64,000 nt of DNA from Sphyrna mokarran (GCA_024679065.1 JAGIQG010000006.1:54436001-54500000), one strand, 5' to 3'; counted from the first letter of the stretch, positions 23,992 through 35,776 are shown. Notes: generated by a model not told the origin, from the sequence alone. Translations and numbers: made by a program.

Positions 23992-24134
23992 GTCATAGAG
24001 GCGTAGAGCTTTATAGCATAAAAAGCCCATCATATCTCCACTGGTCATCAAGTACCTATCTATTCCAATCCCATTTTACTGTAGTTGGTCATAGCCTTAT
24101 CAGTTATGGTGTTTCAAGTGCTCACCTAAATGGT
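23992..24134 (-). mobile_element. CR1 3' end abutting an LTR element
   Basis: CATAGAG-type tail then CTATTCCAATCCCATTTT..GTGCTCACCTAAATG. Confidence 0.6.
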
Positions 24135-24900
24135 TGTTCTGTGTCTCACTAAGAGATCTGGAGGCTTGTGTAGTTGAACATAAATCATTTATTGTTAACA
24201 GACTACTATATACACACCTCCAAGATACAGTCCTGATTAGGTGCTAACTTTTCTCAGGCTCTCTCTACACATAGTCTACCATGACGTGGCTCTATATATC
24301 CATAATATGGATAGTGCTGTTTCTACAGATCCTCATTAATTCTTACGACCCAAATACCCTTATAACAAACTCTCAAGTCTTCACTCAAACATATTTACAA
24401 TACAGTCTTTATTTCCAAGCTCCCAAAGCTTCTCCCTCTTACTTTACAAATTCAGACATGCTGGAGGATTAATGAATCAGCCAGATATCATTCTTGTCAC
24501 TTTCAGAGGAGTGATTGTCTCAGTTGCTTTGAGCAGTATTTGTTGGTTGGGAGTTGGAAATGCAGTATTTGGTGTTTCTTACAGCTGGATGACTCAGTCT
24601 GATTCATTTTCTATGCTCCTTGAAGTTATGTTTCTATTTATCAACAATCCATCTGCTTTGTTCATCCATTTATCGATTATCGATTCCATTTATCGAATGC
24701 ACCCTAGTTTTCTTTTTCCATGTGGTCTGCCATGCTCTTCCAGGAAATTGACATTTCAAAAATGGAGCCTTCCATTTCTTTAACAATTTCACCCAACTAT
24801 TTATTTATTGTCATATTTTGAAATTCTTTTTCAAGCTTATCAATCTTTCTATTCAGCTCAACAACTACTCTGGTGAGTTCAATTGTCATTGTTTCAAACT
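24135..24900 (-). mobile_element. Gypsy-like LTR retrotransposon 3' fragment (LTR 24135-24367 plus decayed integrase tail)
   Basis: TGT...ACA-bounded 233-bp LTR with minus-strand TATATA and AATAAA. Adjacent minus strand reads TRMISG*FINPPACL, like the Gypsy integrase C-terminal TRSGR..KPP..L motif. Confidence 0.6.
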
Positions 24901-25234
24901 TATCTACAGAATTCTTAAATAAGATTAACAGCTTCACTTGGGCATTCAGTTCCTTTCAGAATCTTGCTTATATTTTCACTGATTGCTCCTTAGATTCTTG
25001 ATTCACCAAGCCAGGCAATTGGTTCTGCAGTGACTAAATGGAGCTCTCAGAGCTCTCTGCTGAATTCTGTCAGGGGCGGTCTTCAGAGATTTGTGTCATT
25101 GATTGGGGTGCACCTAAGCTACTGTCCAGGTTCCCTGCAAGGTCTTGCTTATCCTCCATGAAACCACTGCCACCTGTATGAGACAAAACCTCAGCAGTCG
25201 GAGTAATCTGTTGTAGGGTAGATTGTCATACTGG

Positions 25235-25372
25235 TTTGACATCTACACTTTAGGGACTGCAATGGTTCAAGAAGGCTACCCACCATCAACTTCTGAAGGA
25301 CAATTAGGGGTGGACAATAAATGCTGCCCTAGCCAGTGAAGCCCACATCCCATAAAATTACATTAAAAAAAA
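25235..25372 (+). mobile_element. LINE-type 3' end (CR1/L2 group)
   Basis: GGACTGCAATGGTTCAAGAAGG...CAATAAATGCTG...CCCACATCCC plus A-tail; same family at 36541-36711 and 34283-34480 (-). Confidence 0.65.
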
Positions 25373-25402
25373 CCCTTTAGAATACTACATTCACAACTAT
25401 GA

Positions 25403-25486
25403 TGGCATCAATCTGAGCTTGCATTGCATTGACCTGATCTTGCCTGGTGCCAGTCTGAGCTTGCATGGCATCAAGTTAAGCTTGTC
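25403..25486. repeat. Minisatellite, 4 x 21 bp
   Basis: TGGCATCAATCTGAGCTTGCA / TTGCATTGACCTGATCTTGCC / TGGTGCCAGTCTGAGCTTGCA / TGGCATCAAGTTAAGCTTGTC. Confidence 0.8.
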
Positions 25487-26221
25487 ACACAGAAGATTGA
25501 TCTTCTGCTGCAGCACTCAGATTTCTGGTAGAAGCAGCTGATATTGCAATGGAAACTGATACACTGAATATCAGTTTGGGCCCACTTATGTTATTCATGC
25601 TGGAAAGGATAGGCTTCCCAAGCTTTGGACAAACCTTTCACCAAATTCATGCCAGACTGCTCCTTGTCATTGAGAACAGGTTTTCTGGCAGGCCTCCCAC
25701 TCTGACCTTGGGCAAGTTGGCCCTTGTTCTATTCTTGCTCTGACTGCAGCATACTTTTGTCAGGTGTTTCACTCGATGCAATTTGCCTCTAACCTAACCT
25801 CTAAGATATGTATGATATCAATATCTGAGCTTGTGGCTTTAACTGTAAGATTTACTGACAGACAGCATCAAAAAGAGAAAAGGTACAAGAATAAGATTGG
25901 GATGTGGGGAGGAAGGGAAAGTAAGAAATACATGCTCAAACATCTTGTAATTGCACCCCCCCCACCTGACTTACCCCACTTAGATTTCCTCCTGCCTACT
26001 GTTTGAAAGCCTTGGTGGTCATTCTCTTCAATGGTCAGTCCTTGTTGTTTGTTACACTGCACAATGCTGAATGATGCTGACTTCAGCAGCCATAATCCCT
26101 TTAAGTAGTGCAGGCTAACTTTAAGTAGTACCAGAAAGTAACAATATTGGGCTGTCTGCGGTAATGTGTGCAACTAATGAAGAATGCAGTTACTACTGGC
26201 TGCAAACAGCTATCATGGTAA

Positions 26222-27159
26222 TAAGTCACTTGGAATACTGCGCCCAGTTCTGGTCTCCGTACTATCGGAAGGATGTGGAGTCCTTGGAGAGAGTGCAGAG
26301 GAGGTTTACCAGGATGCTGCCTGGTATGGAAGGACTGTCTTATGAGGAACGATTAGATAGACTGGGGTTGTTTTCCCTTGAAAGACGTCGGCTTAGAGGG
26401 GATCTCATAGAGGTGTATAAGATTATAAGGGGTATAGATAGAGTAAATGGAGGTAAACTTTTTCCACCTTTAGAAATGGATAGGACGAGGGGTCATGGCC
26501 ATAGGGTGAGGGGGGCTATGTATAAGACGAATATTAGAGGGCAGTTTTTCACACAAAGGGTAGGGGGGGTGTGGAATGCACTGCCGAGTAAGGTGGTGGG
26601 AGCAGGCACGCTGGGGCTGTTTAAGGGTCTCTTGGACAGCCACATGAGCGGTATGCAGATAGAGGGATATAGTAGGACTGTTTAACTACGGCTTTTTTCC
26701 ACAGGTAATTCGGTCCATAATTTGAGCATGCATTCGGCAGGTGGTGCGGGTACAGCTCTTGGATGTTGATTCATGGGTTGCCTGGTACCTCATGTCGTAA
26801 ATGAGTGCTTTATGTGGACCATCTGAAGGGCACCATGACAGCTCAGAGACTATCGATGTGGCTGTGCAGACACTTGGAATTGGGCCGGTGTCTGCGGGAG
26901 TTTGCGCGTTCTCCCCGTGGTTGCGTGGGTTTTCTCCGGGCACTCCGGTTTCCTCCCACAACCCAAAAATTCGCTCTTAGGCTGATTGGGAAACAAATTG
27001 TCCCTATGGTGAAAATTTTCCATATTAGGAATAATATATATATTATTATATAGGAATATTAAAATAGGATAATGTATTTGCTACTATATAGTATGACGGC
27101 GGCGCGGGCTCTTTGGGCCGAAGGGCCTGTTTCCCGTGCTGTGTTGCTTAAAAAAAAAA
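26222..27159 (+). mobile_element. Young 5'-truncated CR1 LINE with a long 3'UTR containing a V-SINE domain
   Basis: Open ORF2 C-terminus to the stop at 26685 (HLEYCAQFWSPYYRKD...RRLRGDLIEVYK...FFTQRV). V domain 26888-27005. CR1 terminal motif GGGCCGAAGGGCCTGTTTCCCGTGCTGT, then A10. Confidence 0.9.
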
Positions 27160-28384
27160 GTAGTCAGTATGCTATCGTTATTACATGGAATGGGTACAGG
27201 ACAATATGCATCATGAATTTTGTTTTGGGGGGGCTATCCAAGTTAACCACCTTCCACCCCCCCTCTACATGATTCTGATCTCTTTCACAGATCATGTACA
27301 TTTTAATCTTGATTTAGCTATGGGGCACTTAATGAGGAACACTGCATCACTGGAATATTGTTAAGGTTGCTAATAATAATATTCTCCAGGATGGACAGAC
27401 CATTCAGGTGGATTTCTGACTGCCTTTGAGAAAACAAAATCTCTGGGTTTTTCTTTTGAACTGATGATCACAAAGTGACTTAATAACATGATTGATATCA
27501 TAAATGTTTCCATCAATAAGAAAGGAAATGTATAACAGAATGTACACACAATTAATAATGGCTGAGGATCACAATTCGAAGGAAATAATTCTCTTTGCAG
27601 GCATTCATAAATTCTGTCTGCAAACCTTGCCAGAAAAGTGTTTTGAAATGTATAAATATTGGATTAAATGAAGACATACCGAAAGGGAGTACTATTAACT
27701 GAGCAGACAATTGCCAGAAAGATGGCACTGTTTGAAAGCAATAAATAATCCCTAAATCCCAAATCTAAAAGGGATTACATGGAATACCAACAGCAAGGCA
27801 CATATGTTTAATGACATTAAATGCATTGAAAGAAAGAAAAAGCTTTTAGAGGATAAATTCCAGAGGAGTTGAAGGCAGGCCATCTGCAAGTAATTATGTC
27901 AGTTTTATAACTGTTCTCTTCAGAGTATTTTATACTATGTGGAGAAACTGCAGATGGAAAATCCGAATATACATTCAGGCAATTTAGTTATCATTTTACG
28001 TATCTCCAGATATAATAGCGTGCTGTATTATTTTGTTTTGCAATATGAGTGAAACAAATATTTAGCTTAAATCATAATGTCCAGAAATTTACAACGAAAT
28101 GTATTTGTGGGTAAGTGAGGGTGCGAATTGGATGACAGATTCAAACCTCAAAGAGCGCTGAATTCAAAATGGATGCTTGCTGAACATAAAAGATCATTGC
28201 AGTCATTGGACACTTTAGTGTGTGATCTATATCTGCAATATGTCAGGAAATAGAATTGTAGCACTCCAACACACTGTTGAATATGGAACAGCTCAAGAGA
28301 TATCTGAAGCGGAGACAATGTTAGGGTTGAAAATTGTATTGATGAAAGTCCAGCCCATAGCTTACAAACAATAAAGCAAACAAT

Positions 28385-28722
28385 TCATAGAATCATACAG
28401 TGCAGAAGAGGGCCTTCAGCCAATGGAGTTCACACCGACACATCAGAAAGACCCAAATGCCTGCTGAATCCCATCTGCGAACACTTGGGCCACAGCCTTG
28501 AATGTTGTGATGTGCCAAGTACTCATTCAGATACTTTTTAAAGGATATGAGTTAATCCACTTGACTACCCTCCCAGGCAGCATATTCCAGACCATCACCA
28601 CTCTCAGGGTAAAAAAGTTTTTCTTCACAACCCCCTAAACTTCCTGCCCCTCACCTTGATGTCCTCTCGTGACTGACCCTTCAACTAAGAGGAATAGCTA
28701 CTCCTTATCCACTCTGTCCATG
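28385..28722 (-). mobile_element. CR1/HER1 3' fragment (a second, older remnant at about 28918-29080)
   Basis: CATAGAATCATACAGTGCAG tail; CCCTCCCAGGCAGCATATTCCAGACCATCACC ORF2-end motif. Confidence 0.8.
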
Positions 28723-30409
28723 TTTCTCCCTTTGTTTTCAGAGGCTCATCCAGGTGCCGTGGAGATCCTCACTAAGTCGCCTATAAATGCTGGGAGGCCA
28801 TCCTGACATTCTTCCCACGGGACCAGACCGTCCCAAAGTGGCAAAATGCAACTATATTAGACAGGTGGACCTTGTGTGTCCTGTCTAATCTTTGAGTGGG
28901 CATCCGAGCAACTGATTCATAGAATGATTAGAGCCCAAAAGATGCCATTTAGTGTGCTCTGTTAATGCCAGCTCTCTGTATGAGCTATTCAGATAGTCCT
29001 AGTCCCTTGTCTTTTCTCAGTAATTTAATACAGAATTATCTGAAAAACACAATTTAATCTGCCTCCACAATACTCTCAAGATCTTAGGAATGGGCTTGAG
29101 GGTATTGTGGATGTATTGGGGATAGCTGTGGAATTGCAAAAGAAGGCAGAATGGATCTTCCTTTCCAACTCCTTGTAATTCACTTAGAGGTGGGTAGTTT
29201 GAGGATGAAGGCTGGAGCTGATAAGATGTTCAATTGCTCATTATTGGCCAATTAATGGCCATTCAAGTGTCACCTACTGCTGTGGCTGTTGTTTGTTTCA
29301 CCAGAAACCATGTACAGAGGCTGCCCAGTAAATGTTGACAATCTTCATGTGGCTAAGGGTGAGATGTTCACTGTGACTCATAAAAGGCCCCTTCTGAGAG
29401 CAAGAACTGCCATCTTGCCAAGCATCCTCCTACCCTCTTCAATAATCACTTTTTTTACTGACACTGAAAGTGATATTGCCATCAAGCGCTCCACGTGCAT
29501 CCATTCCATGTCCTCCCTCTATAATGCTGCTCCGATCCAGTTGCAATCCCAGCAGTGGTCATTGCTCTGATTAGCTGGCAGCTCTACATGGTATTGTTTT
29601 GCCCATAGAGAGACATAAATCCCGATGCTCAGCAGCTAATTACATCATGGACATCCAATTGCACCTAGGCTTTGGGAAATGGCTAGTTTGGGCTTGGCCC
29701 TAGTTTTCCAGCTACCAGATGGGGCTACCACTGTGGCCATTCAAATCAGTCCAAGTGATGCATTTCAGGTCTTAACCACTCTTGGTATAAAAAACCTTTT
29801 CCTCATGTCACCTTTTGCCAATCACCTTGTCCTCGATTTCTCGACCCTTCTGCCAATGGGGATTACCCTTATCTGTCTGTCAATGCCCAGATGGTTTTGA
29901 GCAAATTTATCAAAATCTCCTATCAACCTTCACTTTTCAAAGAGAACAAATAACCCATCTTCACCAAATTGCACATGGAACTGGGATTACTGATCCCTTG
30001 AGCCATTCTCATAACATTGAAGATGAAATCATTTTCAGTGGCTTCTCCTTAGTCAGACTGCAGTGCTGGTTCTGGGAGGTATTTTCTGTTATATTAAGAA
30101 TACCTGTTAGGAGTTACTGAGTGACTTTTGACTGAGAGGTGGGGGCCGCTCTTTCATTGCCTCCTGATTGATAACAAGATCAGGAAAAGGAAAGGCAGAC
30201 ATGGCAAACTCTGCAAGGAGGGAGGAAGGAAGTGAGGAGGAGGAGAGGAGGAATAAGTAATAGCAGGGAGAAGTTTTCTGGACTCCACATAGTTGGAGTG
30301 AAGTCAGGCAGGGGATTGCAATGTTAAAACAGAAAGTATTGGCAACAACTGTGGGGAGAGAAAAGTAGAGATAATGTTTCAAATCAAATATGACTTTGTT
30401 TAGAACGAT

Positions 30410-31492
30410 GGTGCCGATTCTCCCAAAAGTGCTGAATTGGCAGGAAAACTATTCTAGATTACGACTGTTTTGTCACTTCCTTTTCTTCCCACCCTGTGCA
30501 TTGAAGGAGTCCCAATCATGAATATCATTTAAAACCCATGATAAATGATAGCCTATTCACACTGGAGTCTGACATTTCTGGAATCCTGTGCATGCCGTCT
30601 ATCAGAATCCTCATTTGCTGGCCAGCCTGGGACTCCTGCAGTGCTGCCCCTCCAAGGCCTCCTCCATGGCCTGATCACAGCCTCCACAACAATTCCCAGA
30701 CAAGCCCTAACATCCTAATCGTCCTGGAGCGTCCTGATGACTAGTCCATTCCTCCTAGCAATGGCTATTCCCCCTCCCACTCTCATCCCAACAGATTCCC
30801 CCCACCGCTGACCCCTCTGGGGTCAGAGCCCCCCCTTCCCACCCGGGAGGTAGACCTCACCCCTCTCCCCCCCAGCAGACCACACTCCCATTGGTCTGCC
30901 CCCATTGCTGCCCTCCCTCCTTCCCAGACTGATCGCCATGCAAAATGGCAGCGGGACCCCACACCTTACCGATCACCCCTAGCCCTGGCCACAATAGGCC
31001 CTGCCCCTTTGGCACTGTCCGATGCTCAGTGGGCAGTGCCAAGGTGCCCCTGGTCACGGGCACTTTGCCTTTTGGGCAATGCCAGGGAGCGCAGGCTGGC
31101 TCTACTATGGTGTCTGTACCCAGGGAGCACCTTGCTGCCCAGTCCATTGGGGAAGCCCCGATTACCGCCCCCCTTCATTCTGGAGGGGTCTACCAATCAT
31201 TCCCTGAACACGGGGAGTTAGTCTGAATCCCTCTGGAATGAAGAACTTTTGGCAGGTAAGTTCCCAATAATTACACTTAAAATACATTTAAAACATATTA
31301 AGAAGAGATTCAATTCACTTACTTGTCTTCCTGTCGATTTCCAGCATGGCCTGGCCTCCAACTGTTCTCCGGCTCTGGGAGATGTGTAAGTGTTCCTGGC
31401 GCACGTGCAAATCCCAGAACAAGACTGGCGACACACATCTCCTACCCCAACCCGCCAGAAAAGTTGGGGGTCAGGATGGGAGAATTGCCCCC
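30410..31492. mobile_element. GC-rich MITE-like element, same family as 3083-3970 (opposite orientation)
   Basis: Termini GATTCTCCC / GGGAGAATTGCCC; internal homology 31140-31250 with 3210-3310. Confidence 0.65.
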
Positions 31493-32019
31493 AGCATTTC
31501 CAGCATTTTCTGCTTTTATTTCAGATTTTCAACATCCACAGTATTTTGTTGTTATTTTAGCGTTAGACAGTGGAAATCTGTTTCAAATCTCTTCTTCATT
31601 CCAACCTGAACCCACCAATCACCAAGCTCACATTCATTTCATACTCCCCATTACAATATTGTCTTGCCCAATGTCCAACAATAGAAGCCAATAGTAGGAA
31701 CATTAAGAAAAACAGTGAAGTTTATTTATTAATCACAAGTCATCTTACATTCATATTGCTAGGGAATTTTCACAGTAACTTCATATCTGTATGAATGTAA
31801 GTCTATTTGCAAGAAAACATCTTTATCCAACAACAAATCCATTAAGACTTGCAACTATCGATTATACACTGTTGTGCAATGTCTTTGTACCTTTCCGGCA
31901 GATGTGTTTCCCTGTTCTAGAGCACCTGCACCGTGTTATTCAGTTGTTGCAGCATGGTTGGTGGAAAGCTATTAACTTCCAGTGGGAGGAGATGGCAAGC
32001 TTTGGACTGCACCATCTCA

Positions 32020-32257
32020 GTAAGAGGTCTGGCAACACCAATTTTAAATCCAACCAATTTATTTGATAGTAAATCTGCTAGCTTTCGGCATTTGTGCCTT
32101 CGTCAGGCAAATGGCCATTTGCCTGTTGAAGGCACAAACGCCAAAAGTTAGCAGATTTACTATCAAATAAATCGGTTGGATTTAAAATTGGTGTTGCCAG
32201 ACCTCTTACTGAGTTTACCCCAGTCCAACGCCGGCATCTCTACATCATGACTACTAT
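32020..32257. mobile_element. Hairpin mini-Penelope (family B): two back-to-back termini plus a 3' tail
   Basis: 13-bp TSD CTGCACCATCTCA (32007-32019, 32258-32270); near-perfect palindrome 32016-32213 centred on 32114/32115. Confidence 0.92.
32074..32111 (-). ncRNA. Minimal type-I hammerhead ribozyme, core intact
   Basis: UUUGC-CUGACGA-A-GGCA CAAA UGCC-GAAA-GC-UA-GCAGA: 5-bp stem I, 4-bp stem II, palindromic AGCU stem III, CUA cleavage triplet. Confidence 0.75.
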
Positions 32258-32699
32258 CTGCACCATCTCAATAGGGGTGGCAGCTGAGTGTGATCCACAA
32301 TGGCACAAATCGTCCTGAGAATGAACAGAACCTGTGGAACAGAACCAGTGGAACACCCCCAGGTTGGAACTTCAACAATCCTGTAATTTGCTCGAGTAAA
32401 GATTGTCTTATTGTAGTCAAAACCTGAATGCCCCTCTGCAGTCACATGGCAACAGCTTAAATCTACATGGCAGCAGCATTGGATCCATGACCTCTGGAGG
32501 AGCTTTCACTGAAGCAGTGAGATTTCAGGAGGATTTTGCCTGTACTGTATTGGAAGTGGAGATATCTGACACTCCATCATGGGTTGATTTGGCAGCACTG
32601 TTGTGGAGTTGCCCATGGAAAAGGTGGAACCAGGGTCTTTGGAACAAGGCTCCATTTTGGCCCTGAATAGTGACTTTGGCCAGACAATTGGAAGACCAC

Positions 32700-34170
32700 T
32701 AAACATTGCAATGCTATTTAAAAAGGGAAAAAAGGACAGAATGAATAATTGCACATCAATAAATTAGTGTTGGGTAAATCATTGGAAAAAATGTGATTTG
32801 AAAAGGCATGTAGGGGAATCAAGAGCAGTCAGCATGCATGTGCTCCTGTCTAACTAACTTGATGAAGTTTCTATGAGTGAATAGCAGAAAGGGCTGTCCA
32901 TCTACTTGTCATCCACGTGAATTTTAGCAACATTATTGACAAGTTCCCATGTGGCAAATTAGTCAGAAATTAAAGAGTTGTGGGATCCAAGGGCATGTGG
33001 CAAATTGGTTTCAAAATTGGTTCAGTGACAGGGAGCAAACCGTTATGGTTAATAGGCCTTTTTGTACTTGGAAGGCTTTTTCAGTAAGCTTTGTATTAGA
33101 TTCGTTGCTGTTCATTATATTATCAATGACTTAGGTGCAAAGATAGGAACTGATGTGAAGAAGTTTGCAGATGATGCAAATATCAACTGCATAGGGGAGT
33201 GAAGTGAAAAATGGAATTCAATCCAGAGAAGTGTGCGGTAATGCATTTGGGGAGGACAAACAGGGAAAGGGAATACAATAAATGGTAAGATGCAGAGAGT
33301 TTATAAGAATAAAAATATCTTGCAGTGCATATCCACAGATCCCCAATATAGTAGGACAGGTGAATAAAGTAGCTAAGAAAGCTTTCTTTATTGGTTGAGG
33401 CCTAGAAGAGTATAAAAACTGTGCTAAATCTCCATAATTGACTTGTTATACCACAGCTAAAGGAGTGCGTACGGTCTGGTCACCACAATATAGAAGGGGA
33501 TTATTTGCACTAGAGATGATGCAGAAGAGATTTATGAGAATGTTGGCAGGAATAGAGAATTTTACCTTTGAGGAAAGATTGGATATGCTGGAGTTGTTTT
33601 CTTTGAAACAGGAGGACGAGGGGAGATTTTTCAATGACTTGTATAAAATTATGAGGGGCTGAGATAAATCGAACAAACAAATTGATTTCCCTTATCAGAA
33701 AGGTCAACCAGAAAGCACAGGTCTAAAGTAATTGGTTGGGCGATTAGAGGAGAATTAATTGTTGTGAAGGTATTGGTTACAAAATGGTCCTCATCATCTT
33801 CAGGTTAACTGTAAGTCTTTATTAGCAAGTAGAACTATTTACACAGGTATAATAAAGGACTCAACAGAGAAGTTATCACTGTGCTTAGGTCTTTCCATGT
33901 TTCTGTCTGAATACCACACTGACCCTTCAGTCTGGGTCGTGTGCCTTCTTATATCACCATGTGGTGGTACTGTACTCTACGTACACTACCACCCTATATG
34001 TGCCCTATTTGTGCCAAACCTTTATGCTACATTAATTTTCTTTTTCGCCCAGAGGGTATTGGGGTCTAGAACTCTACCTGAAAAGGCAGTAGAGGCTGAA
34101 ATCCTCACAGTGTTAGAAAAAAACACTTGGCTATGTATTCGAAGTGATGTTACCCACAAGGCTATGGACT
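32700..34170 (+). mobile_element. Degenerate CR1 ORF2 (RT to 3' end), interrupted by a solo LTR
   Basis: KLKSCGIQGHVANWFQNWFSDREQTV, KFADD, WSPQYRR..ALEMMQKRFMRML motifs. Confidence 0.85.
33760..34031 (-). mobile_element. Solo LTR (272 bp)
   Basis: TG...CA ends; 5-bp TSD TTAAT (33755-33759, 34032-34036); minus-strand ATATAA and AATAAA; splits the CR1 just before its FFAQRV motif. Confidence 0.85.
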
Positions 34171-34189
34171 ATATTCTTTTCTATTCATT

Positions 34190-34735
34190 TTCATAGAATT
34201 TGGACATCACTGCCAAGGCCAGTATTTGGTGACTGCCCTAATTTTTAAAAAAAAATCTTTCACAGGATGGGTTCTATTAGTTAGGCCAGCATTTTAATTG
34301 CCCATTCATTATTGCCCTTGAGAGGATAGTGGATGAGGTGCCTTCTTGAACTGTCGCAGTTGATACGGTGTAAATATGCCCACAGTACTATTAAGGAGGG
34401 AGTTTTTGACCCAGCGACAGTGAAGGTACGATGATATAGTTCCAAGTCAGGATGACGTGTAGCTTGAAGGGGAACTTTCAGTTGGTGATGTTGCCATCCA
34501 TCTATAGTCCTTGTCCTTCCAGAAGTCAAGGATGAATCTATTGTGTTGCTAGGCCATTTTGGCAGGCAGTTAAGAGTCAACCACATCTGCAGTCAAATTT
34601 AAGATGGAATAAGAACAGCAGATTTCCATCTCTAAAGGACATTCCACCACTGTCATGTTGAGATTGGAACCCATATACCTGGGGTATTAGTCTGGATGAC
34701 CAATCCTGTGACATCATCATTGCACCACTGTCTCC
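34190..34735 (-). mobile_element. LINE-type 3' end plus tRNA-headed SINE remnant
   Basis: Reverse complement of the 25235/36541 tail family. 34545-34735 is homologous to 60260-60493, with a tRNA-like head on the minus strand (GTGGTGCAATGATGATGTCAC...GGTTCCAATC). Confidence 0.55.
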
Positions 34736-35280
34736 CCTCTGAAGTTGAATAGCTCTTTTTGGCCAACACAGACACAATGGGCACTATTTTCTGTGTAATC
34801 TGGGTATTTTGAGGTGCACTGCCATTGGTCAATGATGGAAGCTACTGGTTTTGCTGTGGTCAATGGAGTTTCCTGTTGTACCCGTCACCACCAGGAAAAT
34901 CGGGGTGGCAGTGCACTGTCAGCGGGACGGAATATCCCACGAGCATGATCAACCAGAAAGTTCTAGCCACTAATTAAAAAGTCTGATTCCTGTGCTCAAT
35001 CTTTCTATGCATCTTTCTTAACTTTCATACATTCTCAGTGCTTCAAACATCTTTGTATGCATCATCAGCAGTACCCTTTTGTATGCTGTCCTAGTCAGGT
35101 TCTTATCTGAAACCCCTGCAATGGAACTCAACTGTAACCTTGCCTCCTGGGAAGCTGGAACACAAACTACAACCTCCCCTTCCGCCCCCACAGCCTGATG
35201 CAGGCAACTTTTACCCATGCGTCACTTCATATTATTTTTCCAGCTCCTCACAGTGCCAGTTTCTGAGCTGGTGTCATCTG

Positions 35281-35452
35281 AAAGATGTGCAGGTTAAGTG
35301 GATTGGCCATGTTAAATTGCCCCTTACTATCAGGTGAATTAGCAGGGTAAAGACATGAAGTTATGAGGATAGGGTTATGTAGGATTGTTGTCAGTGCAGG
35401 CTTGATGAGCTGAATAGCTTCTGTCTGCACTGTAAGGATTCTACAGTTCTAT
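35281..35452 (+). mobile_element. HE1-type SINE, 3' half
   Basis: AAAGATGTGCAGGTTAAGTGGATTGGCCATGTTAAATTGCCCC plus HER1-like tail. Confidence 0.85.
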
Positions 35453-35610
35453 GAAAGCATAGAAGCAAAAGGACAAGGTTGAGTTCAGGAAAATAGGATA
35501 TGAAGAGAACTGAGAGTGCCATGACAGCATCATCTTCAGCTTCCACTTGATATGTCACAGAATGAAGATGAGGTGGGAGTTGAAAAGATCTAAGATCTGT
35601 CATTTATCAT

Positions 35611-35776
35611 CATAGAATCACAGAATCCTACAGTGCAGAAGGAGACCATTCGGCCCATAGAGTGTGCATTGACCACAACCCCATCCAGGCCCTATTCCAA
35701 TAACCCCATGCATTTACCCCAGCTAGTCACCCTGACACTAAGAAGCAATTTAGCATGGCCAATCTGCCTAACCCAC
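35611..35776 (-). mobile_element. HE1-type SINE, 3' half
   Basis: CATAGAATC tail; CAATTTAGCATGGCCAATC..CCTAACC. Confidence 0.85.

Noticed and set aside
25403-25486. Possible CRISPR-like array
   Set aside because: No spacers, eukaryotic context, no cas genes.
26164-26685. 173-aa ORF (and 14791-15309) as host genes
   Set aside because: These are CR1 ORF2 C-termini of 5'-truncated LINEs; the start codons are fortuitous.
30857-31694. Cluster of Pro/Gly-rich ORFs
   Set aside because: Inside the GC-rich MITE-like element; a compositional artefact.
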